The notes under the pieces: model-generated | Told to the model about the DNA's origin: nothing | Databases searched by the model: none | The model's input: only the letters and a program-made list of their open reading frames with translations | Assembly (NCBI GenBank): GCA_964549305.1 | Contig: CAZJVM010000057.1 | Coordinates: 1 to 16,184 of the forward strand | Source of the DNA: an uncultured bacterium | Lineage (GTDB): Bacteria > Schekmanbacteria > GWA2-38-11 > J061 | DNA length: 16,184 nucleotides | Direction: 5' to 3' | Shown: one piece after another, positions 8,783-16,184 of the stretch | Position numbering within the stretch: position 1 is the first letter of the stretch | Layout: each line of letters starts with the position of its first letter | Made by a program: the position numbers and the translations under genes

Positions 8783-10819
8783 TTGATGATGGTAAAATAT
8801 AAAATGAAGGATAAAAAAATGATTAAACGATTCATTAGATTGGCAGTAATTTTGCTGTTTATTTCTTTTCCGTTAGTATTGCAGGCACAGACACCTCCTC
8901 ACGATTCGAGCAACAATGTCAATTGTCTTGACTGTCATGAGATACATAATGCATCTGCAGGCAATCTTGTTGCAAGAGGCGCTGAGCAGGAAACACTTTG
9001 TAAAACCTGTCATAATCCGACGGGACCTGCTTCAACAATGCCTGATGTTGCAAACCACGTGGTGAATGCAGGTTCACAAATAGTGGAATGTTCAACCTGC
9101 CATAACCCGCACGAAAAAGAGCAGTCAACAAATGCCCATACATCCCAGACTGCAGACAACTTAAAGCTTATAAGAAGTGATGTGACGGAAGATATCCCTG
9201 CGGCAGTAACTCCTGTTATATTTCAGACAGACCCGGACGACTTTGCATTTGCAACATCTCCATATAACGGAATTTGTCAGGCGTGCCATACTTCGACCGA
9301 CCATCACAGAAATGACGGCAATGCGCCTTCTCAAGACCATAATCTCGGCACCGATTGTACAAGTTGTCATACACACGACACTGGTTTTATGCCGTCAGGC
9401 GGAGGCGATTGTACTGCCTGTCACGGTTCAACTCAGGGGGCACGCAGGCAGATTACTGGCACAGGCGGAGATTTTGACAGAACATCTCATCACGAACAGG
9501 GTGTAATTGTTGCAAGTGAATGCGGAGTATGTCACGCGGAAGCAGATGATGCCGGATTGTATCATCAGTCAGGCGCAGTTGATGTAAAAAATGTAGATAG
9601 TGGCGCAGTAATTACTTATAACCCTTCCACACCTGTTGCATTGGAACCGTTTTGTTTGAGCTGTCACGATACTGACGGCGCAAACGGAGTTGTAGCGCCT
9701 TTCTCGGATACGATAACTGTTCCGAATATATCTGCTACGTGGACTGGTTCGGCACATCAGAATTCCGGCTTTCTTACCTGTGTCGGAGACGGCACAACAG
9801 GTTGTCATTACAATGCTCACGGTTCAGAGAAAGAAGACATTCTTGCTCCTGACACACCTGCGGCAACTGCTCCTCTCTATGCTGAAGAGCAGGAAGGTTT
9901 CTGCTATAACTGCCACGACGCAAGCGGTCCTTCATCTGTAAATATACAGGCGGAATTTGCAAAAACTTACAGGCATCCGGCGCCTGATTACGGCGACAGG
10001 CATCTTGGAAGCGAAGGGGGAGACCCCGCGAAGTATGCCGCATCGCCCGTAAACAACCGTCACGCCGAGTGCGTTGACTGCCACAATCCCCATGCGGCGC
10101 AGACTGCTAACCCTGTAAAGGGTGTTGGCAGAATAAAAATCGCAAATAACGGCGCAGGCAATATTCCTACATACACTTACACCTCTGCATCGGATAATTC
10201 CGCGCCTGTTGAGCAATACCAGTTGTGCTTCAAATGTCATTCATCCTGGACAACGCAACCTGCCGGACAGATTGACCTTGCAGTGAAATTAAACAGCGAC
10301 AATCCCGGATATCATCCCGTCGAAGCGCAGGGCAAAAATACGAATATCAGAGCCAATTCTTTTGTAAACGGATGGGCGCCCACAGACACTATGGATTGCT
10401 CGGATTGCCACGGAAGCAACAATGCGGCGGTTACAGGACCTCATGGGTCAACATACAACTTCATCTTGAAGGCAGATTATAAGCAGATTTCGTCTGCCAG
10501 AACAATGTCATCAAACGAGATATGCTTTAACTGCCACAGGTATAACACCTACGCAAATGACAATTCAAGCAATACCGTTCAAGAATATAGTCGTTTTGAC
10601 AAACATACTAAACATGTTGATCCAAATAAGGAAGGCTTCCCCTGCTATGCCTGTCACGACAGTCACGGCGCGGCAAACGAACCTCATCTTATTGTTGAGG
10701 GCAGAAATCCCGGTGTAACAAACTATATTGAAACCAATAACGGAGGAAGTTGCTCTGCAAATAATAAAGCGTGCCACGATGGTAATACTGAAAGCTACAA
10801 TGTTAAATATGCTCGGTAG
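8783..10819 (+). CDS. Secreted multiheme cytochrome c (14 CxxCH + CX7CH + CX6CH; doubled-CxxCH / CxxCHxxH type)
   Basis: Counted motifs: CLDCH, CKTCH, CSTCH, CQACH, CTSCH, CTACH, CGVCH, CLSCH, CYNCH, CVDCH, CFKCH, CSDCH, CFNCH, CYACH; Sec signal peptide ending VLQA; likely start ATG 8819 (AAGGA RBS at 8807-8811). Confidence 0.95.
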   Translation: MMMVKYKMKDKKMIKRFIRLAVILLFISFPLVLQAQTPPHDSSNNVNCLDCHEIHNASAGNLVARGAEQETLCKTCHNPTGPASTMPDVANHVVNAGSQIVECSTCHNPHEKEQSTNAHTSQTADNLKLIRSDVTEDIPAAVTPVIFQTDPDDFAFATSPYNGICQACHTSTDHHRNDGNAPSQDHNLGTDCTSCHTHDTGFMPSGGGDCTACHGSTQGARRQITGTGGDFDRTSHHEQGVIVASECGVCHAEADDAGLYHQSGAVDVKNVDSGAVITYNPSTPVALEPFCLSCHDTDGANGVVAPFSDTITVPNISATWTGSAHQNSGFLTCVGDGTTGCHYNAHGSEKEDILAPDTPAATAPLYAEEQEGFCYNCHDASGPSSVNIQAEFAKTYRHPAPDYGDRHLGSEGGDPAKYAASPVNNRHAECVDCHNPHAAQTANPVKGVGRIKIANNGAGNIPTYTYTSASDNSAPVEQYQLCFKCHSSWTTQPAGQIDLAVKLNSDNPGYHPVEAQGKNTNIRANSFVNGWAPTDTMDCSDCHGSNNAAVTGPHGSTYNFILKADYKQISSARTMSSNEICFNCHRYNTYANDNSSNTVQEYSRFDKHTKHVDPNKEGFPCYACHDSHGAANEPHLIVEGRNPGVTNYIETNNGGSCSANNKACHDGNTESYNVKYAR

Positions 10820-10845
10820 AGTTTAGGTAAATAAAGTTTAAAGGG

Positions 10846-10883
10846 AAGCGCCTTTCAGAAGTAAAATGAAAGGCGCTTTTTTT
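10846..10883 (+). terminator. Rho-independent terminator
   Basis: AAGCGCCTTTCA / 9-nt loop / TGAAAGGCGCTT perfect 12-bp stem running into a T7 tract, located between convergent genes. Confidence 0.9.
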
Positions 10884-10885
10884 AT

Positions 10886-12127
10886 TTATGAAACTGCTTT
10901 ATTGAGAATCTCTTTCCACTTCACTTCCCGAAGCACTGATTTATCGTGCCAGTAGTTACAGGGATGCCCTTCGATATAATGCAGTGTGAAGTTTGAATCG
11001 AAATAAAGGAAGTCTATTGTTCCTGTATTAATATCCTGATGCCTGCAAATCGTGTGCCCCGTGCCGTGGTCTTGTCCGTCGTGGTCTGAAAGAATTTTTA
11101 AAATCGTATCCTGCGAAAAATCCTTTTGTGATTTTACGAGCATATTGCATCTTTCAAAGCGCGCATATGAGCTTGTGTTGAAATCGTCTTTTCCGTTTCT
11201 TTTAGGCATCATACGGTAATGATTAGTTGTGACGAGATAGTTTATTTGATCTGACTGCCATCCGTATTCCACTTCTATCCTGTCAGGTGCGACTTCAATG
11301 CGCGCCATTTTGCCTGTCTTGAAATCCATAAGCGTCAGGATACAACCGTTATGGGCGAATTTTCCTCCATTTTCGAGAAAAGTGTTGAATGAATCGACCA
11401 CTTCTTCAACACTTGAGCATTCCGCAATTATTTTTCTTACAAACATATCAGGCGGAAGACCAAAATCTCTTTTTGTGGGATATGCGGCATTGAAAACAAC
11501 TGCAAGTCCTGTTTCATTTTCTGCCAATGCCGCGCCTGCGAATGAGGGTTGGTAGTAGGATACGAATTTGTATCCGTTGTTTTCGGAAGGATTGAAAATT
11601 ATAATTGCTCCGCCAAACCCATATAGATAGGGAAGGTCGGTGTTATGGGCAAGATATAAATCATTTCCCGTATTTACCGCAAATGCCGTGCATCCTTTCA
11701 GATATGTGCCCACCATAAAAAAATTCCAGACAAGGACATCATCCCACGCCTCATCAAAAGAAATTTCATTTGCTTCGGATAACCCTCTTGCCATACCTTT
11801 CATCTGAGAGATTATACTTTCAGGCATCAATGGTTTAATCTTTTCGTAATATGATGATGCCTTTTCGGGAGGGAAACTGCTTTTAAACATTCCGGCAAGA
11901 CGGTGCATATTCTTTGAAAACTTGGGATTTGATGCCACCTGATAACCCATCTCCTCCCAACTGCCCGAAACGGTAACTACGGGAAGCGTTTTTTCTCTCA
12001 TAAAACTTACCATTATGGGAGTGCGGTAGTGGTAGATAATGGGAATCGCTAAGGCAAGGATAACTACAAGTATGGCGGGAATGATGAATTTCTTTTTTTG
12101 GTAAAATCTTTTTTCCCTCTTATTCAT
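10886..12127 (-). CDS. Peptidase C45 family (AAT-like) autoproteolytic Ntn-hydrolase/acyltransferase with an N-terminal membrane anchor
   Basis: G|CTAFAV nucleophile site, LAHNTD, TNHY, SSYARFER, GSWEEMGYQ; basic N-terminus followed by a hydrophobic helix; GGAGG RBS. Confidence 0.85.
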   Translation of the reverse strand: MNKREKRFYQKKKFIIPAILVVILALAIPIIYHYRTPIMVSFMREKTLPVVTVSGSWEEMGYQVASNPKFSKNMHRLAGMFKSSFPPEKASSYYEKIKPLMPESIISQMKGMARGLSEANEISFDEAWDDVLVWNFFMVGTYLKGCTAFAVNTGNDLYLAHNTDLPYLYGFGGAIIIFNPSENNGYKFVSYYQPSFAGAALAENETGLAVVFNAAYPTKRDFGLPPDMFVRKIIAECSSVEEVVDSFNTFLENGGKFAHNGCILTLMDFKTGKMARIEVAPDRIEVEYGWQSDQINYLVTTNHYRMMPKRNGKDDFNTSSYARFERCNMLVKSQKDFSQDTILKILSDHDGQDHGTGHTICRHQDINTGTIDFLYFDSNFTLHYIEGHPCNYWHDKSVLREVKWKEILNKAVS

Positions 12128-12404
12128 ATAAATACCTCCCCCTTTTGTAAAAACCTGTTTAAAGGAATGCTGTCAAGAATCTTAGCAATTAAGGTTTTGT
12201 TCCTCAAGTATAAAAAATACGCCATAATCTGAATAGACAAAAAAAATAAAATGTATTATTGATTAAATGAGAGGCATCAATAAATTTCTTTCTTCTTTAA
12301 AACCTTAAATAGTTTTGATGTATTGTCTTATTATCCTGATACTGAAAAAGAGCAGTGTCATTATCTTTTAAATGCCTGATTTTTCAACCTTATGGAATTG
12401 AATC

Positions 12405-13514
12405 ATGGAGAAAGCTAACTGGAAAAAAGAGCTTGAAGGGAGCATCGACTCTGTCCCAAAGCTTTCAAAGTATATTGAAATGACTCCTTCAGAGATGAAG
12501 AATCTTGAGAAAATTGTCAAACGGCATCCTATGCGCATTACAAAGTATTATATGTCGCTTATCAACGGGAAAGACCCTGATGATCCTATCAGAAAGATGG
12601 CAATTCCATCTGAAAAAGAACTTAATATGCTTGGCACTTACGATACAAGTGGTGAAAAAAACAATACCATGATGCCGGGTCTTCAGCACAAGTATAAAAA
12701 TACCGCACTTATTCTTGCAACAACAAAATGTGCAAACTACTGCAGGTATTGTTTTAGAAAGCGAATGGTCGGACTTTCTTCTGACGAGATTTTAAGAAGA
12801 TTCTCAGATGCGGCAGAATATATCAGAAAGCATAATGAAATAAATAATGTACTTATAAGCGGAGGTGACCCTTTTGTCCTTTCAACAAGAATAATAAGGC
12901 AGTTTATTGAAAAACTTCTTGCAATTCCTCATATAGATTTTATCCGCATTGGCACAAGAGTCCCCGTTGTTTTTCCCGAAAGAATACTGAAAGACAGGGA
13001 ATTATTGCACGTTTTGAGGACAGCATCCACAAAATATAAAAAAATATATGTAACTGCCCACTTTAATCATCCAAGGGAAATTACTGATAAGTCAGCGAAA
13101 GCAATAGAATTGCTGAGAAGAGCATCAGTTATTACAAGTAATCACTCAGTCCTTCTTAAAGGTGTCAACGATAATCCGGAAATACTTGCAGACCTCAACA
13201 CCAAACTGATTGAGATAGGTATTATTCCTTATTATCTTTTTCAGTGCCGCCCTGTAAAAACGGTAAAACGCAATTTTCAGGTTCCTCTTTACCGCGGATG
13301 CGAGATTGTAAATAAAGCTACATCTCTTCTTGATGGATACAGTAAGCGGTTTAAATATGTAATGTCTCATAAGAGCGGGAAAATAGAAATTGTTGGTATA
13401 ATGGACGGATATATTTATCTTAAATACCACCAGGCGAAGAATCCTGAAAATGTAGGCAGATTTTTTAAGAAGAAAATCAATAAAGTTGCCGGATGGTTAG
13501 ATGAACTTAAATAA
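12405..13514 (+). CDS. KamA-family PLP-dependent radical SAM protein (amino acid 2,3-aminomutase-like; substrate uncertain)
   Basis: GLQHKY, CANYCRYCFRKR (CxxxCxxC), VLISGGDP, RIGTRVPVVFPERI, HFNHPREIT, SVLLKGVND, PYYLFQC, SGK putative PLP lysine. Confidence 0.9.
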   Translation: MEKANWKKELEGSIDSVPKLSKYIEMTPSEMKNLEKIVKRHPMRITKYYMSLINGKDPDDPIRKMAIPSEKELNMLGTYDTSGEKNNTMMPGLQHKYKNTALILATTKCANYCRYCFRKRMVGLSSDEILRRFSDAAEYIRKHNEINNVLISGGDPFVLSTRIIRQFIEKLLAIPHIDFIRIGTRVPVVFPERILKDRELLHVLRTASTKYKKIYVTAHFNHPREITDKSAKAIELLRRASVITSNHSVLLKGVNDNPEILADLNTKLIEIGIIPYYLFQCRPVKTVKRNFQVPLYRGCEIVNKATSLLDGYSKRFKYVMSHKSGKIEIVGIMDGYIYLKYHQAKNPENVGRFFKKKINKVAGWLDELK

Positions 13515-13594
13515 CCCGGCTTAAATAAGTTTTATTATTCATATCTTTTTCAAATTCCGCAGTCTTTTACCGGAGTAAATTCTTAAGTATTTGA

Positions 13595-15586
13595 TTGATA
13601 TTTTATCCTTTTATTATTATTAAAAAGAATATGAATAAACAATCAGGCATTTCAAGTAAAAGTCTTCGCGCTCTCCTGATTTTGATAATTTCAACATTAT
13701 TCGTTTGTCCACTCATATTCAGGGAAGCAATCGCATCGGCAGGGAATCAAAGTGAAAAAGTAATTGCGTGGGTTTTTTTTAAGGATAAGGGAGATGTGTC
13801 AGACACTGACATTAAAAAGTCAAGAAAGGACTTCATAAGAAAGAGGTCTGCGAAAAAAGGACATTTTGGGAGAACAAATCTTTTTGATTTTCGCGATATG
13901 CCCGTAAGGCAAAGATATATCGATAAAGTAGTAAAACTCGGAGCAGAAAAAAGAGCAGTAACAAAATGGTTAAACGGCATAAGCGTTGAAGCGCGCTCTG
14001 AAGTTATTAAACAAATCCGCTCGCTGAAGTTTGTAAAAAAAGTTAAAGTTATCGAATCTCTTTCAGATGACGCCACAAATCCTTCATACCGTAAAAGTGA
14101 AATCCCCTTGCCGGATAATTCCCGATTAAGTATCAGTTCAGTCCAAACCACTCTTGATTACGGGTTTTCTGACACTCAATTAACGCAGGTTAATATTCCC
14201 GCTCTACACGACCCTGGTGGATATACGGGGAAGGATGTTACGATTTGTGTTATCGATACGGGATTCAGCAATGACCACGAATCCATAGTAAGCACAACGG
14301 TTCTGGCAGAAAGAGATTTTATAAATGATGACAATGAAACTGCAAATGAATCAGGAGACCCTACAGGAATTTACGACCAGGAAGTGCACGGCACTGAGGT
14401 GTTATCCGTTGTAGGTGGTTATAAGGAAGGAGAAGTTATCGGTTCGGCATACGGCGCGGATTTTCTACTTGCAAAGACCGAGATTAATGCAACTGAAACT
14501 CATATTGAAGAGGATTACTGGCTTGAAGCGATTGAATGGGCATATGACAACGGTGCTGATATTGTAAGTTCGTCTCTTGCGTATTTCGATGGTTTTTCCG
14601 ATTCGCCTTCGTCATATGAAAATAAACTCGATGGCGAGGCGGCAATTGTCACAAAAGCTGCGAATATTGCGGCAGAAAAGGGAATGCTTGTGGTAAATGC
14701 AGTGGGCAATTCAGGTCTAAAAGCGCCTGCAGACGGAAAATATCTTATTGCTGTGGGCGGAGTAACATCGAACGGAGTTGTCTACGGAGGCGCAAATACA
14801 GACACAGATGACGGCAGAGTTAAACCCGATGTGGTTGCAATGGGAGCAGCAGTCTATACTGCCGACCCCTCAGGTTCAAACAGTTTTAAATACAGCAATG
14901 GGACTTCTTTTGCCACGCCCATTGTATCCGGACTTTCGGCGCTTCTTCTGGAATCGCACCCGGATTGGTCTTATTCGGCGATTCGCGAAGCAATAATAAA
15001 CACTTCAAGCAATGCCGATTCAACAAGCATTACCTCAGGTTTGGGATATGGAATTCCCGACGCGGTGGAGGCAAATAAATATGATAACTTGCTTACGATT
15101 ACTTCCACAGCAGGGGCAAACGGCGCAATATATCCTTCGGGCGCAATAAAAGTAGGTCATAATTCAATGCACTCATATACGATTTCTCCTGATGATAATT
15201 ATTATGTCTCTTCGCTTTTTGTTGACGGTGAGGAAGTAACTGCGGCAGAAACATATAAGTATTCGTCTGTACTTTCAGACCACACAATATCCGCGACATT
15301 TGAAAGCAGTAATATTTCCATTGTTACCACAAAACTTAAAAAGGCGAAGGTCAAAAGGAAATACAAGGCAAAGCTTAAAGCGTCGGGAGGGTCGGGAAAG
15401 TATTCGTGGAAACTGGTTAAGAAAAAACTGCCCAAAGGACTCAAACTTAAAAAGAACGGCACAATTACAGGCAAGCCGAAATCAAAAGCAAAGGGAAAGA
15501 AATATCTCTTTACCGTTGAAGCGGTAGACAAGAGCAACGGCACAAACACGGCATCAAAACAGTTTAAGATAAAAGTAAAAAAATGA
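13595..15586 (+). CDS. Secreted S8 subtilisin-like serine protease with prodomain, InlB-B-repeat-like domain and Lys-rich C-terminal Ig-like (He_PIG-like) domain
   Basis: Catalytic triad motifs VIDTG, HGT, GTSFATP; oxyanion NAVGN; KPDVVAMG; N-terminal signal peptide; likely start ATG 13631. Confidence 0.92.
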   Translation: MIFYPFIIIKKNMNKQSGISSKSLRALLILIISTLFVCPLIFREAIASAGNQSEKVIAWVFFKDKGDVSDTDIKKSRKDFIRKRSAKKGHFGRTNLFDFRDMPVRQRYIDKVVKLGAEKRAVTKWLNGISVEARSEVIKQIRSLKFVKKVKVIESLSDDATNPSYRKSEIPLPDNSRLSISSVQTTLDYGFSDTQLTQVNIPALHDPGGYTGKDVTICVIDTGFSNDHESIVSTTVLAERDFINDDNETANESGDPTGIYDQEVHGTEVLSVVGGYKEGEVIGSAYGADFLLAKTEINATETHIEEDYWLEAIEWAYDNGADIVSSSLAYFDGFSDSPSSYENKLDGEAAIVTKAANIAAEKGMLVVNAVGNSGLKAPADGKYLIAVGGVTSNGVVYGGANTDTDDGRVKPDVVAMGAAVYTADPSGSNSFKYSNGTSFATPIVSGLSALLLESHPDWSYSAIREAIINTSSNADSTSITSGLGYGIPDAVEANKYDNLLTITSTAGANGAIYPSGAIKVGHNSMHSYTISPDDNYYVSSLFVDGEEVTAAETYKYSSVLSDHTISATFESSNISIVTTKLKKAKVKRKYKAKLKASGGSGKYSWKLVKKKLPKGLKLKKNGTITGKPKSKAKGKKYLFTVEAVDKSNGTNTASKQFKIKVKK

Positions 15587-16184
15587 AAAAAACACCGCGC
15601 GTAACCTATGGAATAGAAGCAATTCATGACTGCATAGTGCAGGATACTGATATCCACAGAAAATATTCCTCAAAGGGGGAAAAAGCATCCCTTTACCGCA
15701 AAAAAGAAAAGATGCTTGCAGGGAAAAATGGATTAAATGAAATGATTTCTGCAGGATTTGTCCGCTCACTTGACAAGAGACGTGGCAGGTATGTTGGTAA
15801 AGTAGGATGGATGCCATCGGCGCTTGTTATCGCCGACCAGAGGATAAGAGAGTTATGCAGGAATATGTTTATGTATACTGATGAATACTTCAAAAAAACG
15901 GGTCTTCGTTTCGGTCCATGTCCCGGACTTGAAAAGATGTCGGGATGTCCGATGTTTTCTACACGCCCTGAAGAAATAAGAAAAAAGCTTGATGATGCAG
16001 ACATATTCATAGCCATGCAGTCAAAAGAATTTGTGAGAAGACCAGGCATACCGGGATGGCACGACTATTTGCTTAGAAAACTTAAAAAAGAGATTGAGTC
16101 ACTTTTAGGGAAAGGCGCTGTCACATCAGCTTTCGGGGCAGGACCATGCCAATTTTGTCATCCAAAAAAATGCCTCGGGAAGGG
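15583..16184 (+). CDS. Partial Cys-rich putative metal-binding protein (DUF2284-like), truncated at the window end
   Basis: Not in the supplied track because it has no stop codon in the window. My translation gives 200 open codons from ATG 15583 (ATGA overlap with the S8 stop): MKKTPRVTYG...DQRIRELC...GPCPGLEKMSGCPMFS...AFGAGPCQFCHPKKC. Confidence 0.7.
   Translation, partial: MKKTPRVTYGIEAIHDCIVQDTDIHRKYSSKGEKASLYRKKEKMLAGKNGLNEMISAGFVRSLDKRRGRYVGKVGWMPSALVIADQRIRELCRNMFMYTDEYFKKTGLRFGPCPGLEKMSGCPMFSTRPEEIRKKLDDADIFIAMQSKEFVRRPGIPGWHDYLLRKLKKEIESLLGKGAVTSAFGAGPCQFCHPKKCLGK

Noticed and set aside
10817-10834. Stop-codon readthrough (pyrrolysine) at the cytochrome TAG
   Set aside because: An in-frame TAA follows after four codons, then a terminator
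12144-12176. Minus-strand TTGACA (12171-12176) as promoter for the C45 gene
   Set aside because: No acceptable -10 hexamer at 16-18 bp spacing
12405-13514. Assigning the gene symbol kamA, ablA, epmB or eam
   Set aside because: Substrate-determining residues and gene context match none of them convincingly
13505-13530. CTTAAATAA direct repeat / imperfect palindrome at the kamA-like stop, sharing an 11-mer (TTAAGCCGGGT) in reverse with 5862-5872 after murA
   Set aside because: An 11-bp match is expected by chance in a window of this size; there is no third copy, transposase or integrase
486-16049. Numerous short antisense or alternate-frame ORFs in the supplied track (e.g. 486-698, 1578-1949, 6471-6932, 15202-15657, 15693-16049)
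   Set aside because: They overlap well-supported genes, have no recognisable motifs and are explained as shadows of the coding strand
16147-16161. CxxCH (CQFCH) in the last ORF suggesting a cytochrome c
   Set aside because: There is no signal peptide, and the motif is part of a GxCxxCxxxxC metal-binding pattern

Overview
Bacterial chromosomal window with two parts. The first (1-7209) is a conserved housekeeping run, all on the + strand: rho - rpmE - prfA - prmC - murA - hisD. It is preceded by a strong sigma70-type promoter and a long (~475 nt) rho leader, and there is no hisG between murA and hisD. The second (7210-16184) is an accessory region. Its centrepiece is a two-gene operon encoding a secreted NHL beta-propeller protein and a secreted multiheme cytochrome c with 14 canonical CxxCH plus two atypical (CX7CH, CX6CH) motifs. 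This operon has a complete-looking sigma54 regulatory architecture (tandem palindromic enhancer boxes, IHF-like site, -24/-12 element) and ends in an intrinsic terminator. After it come a membrane-anchored C45 Ntn-hydrolase on the minus strand, a KamA-family radical SAM enzyme whose substrate-binding residues do not fit lysine, and a secreted S8 subtilase with an extremely Lys-rich C-terminal Ig-like domain. Last is a translationally coupled Cys-rich (DUF2284-like) ORF truncated by the window edge. No rRNA, tRNA, CRISPR array or mobile element was seen. All family assignments come from motif recognition by eye, not from database searches.
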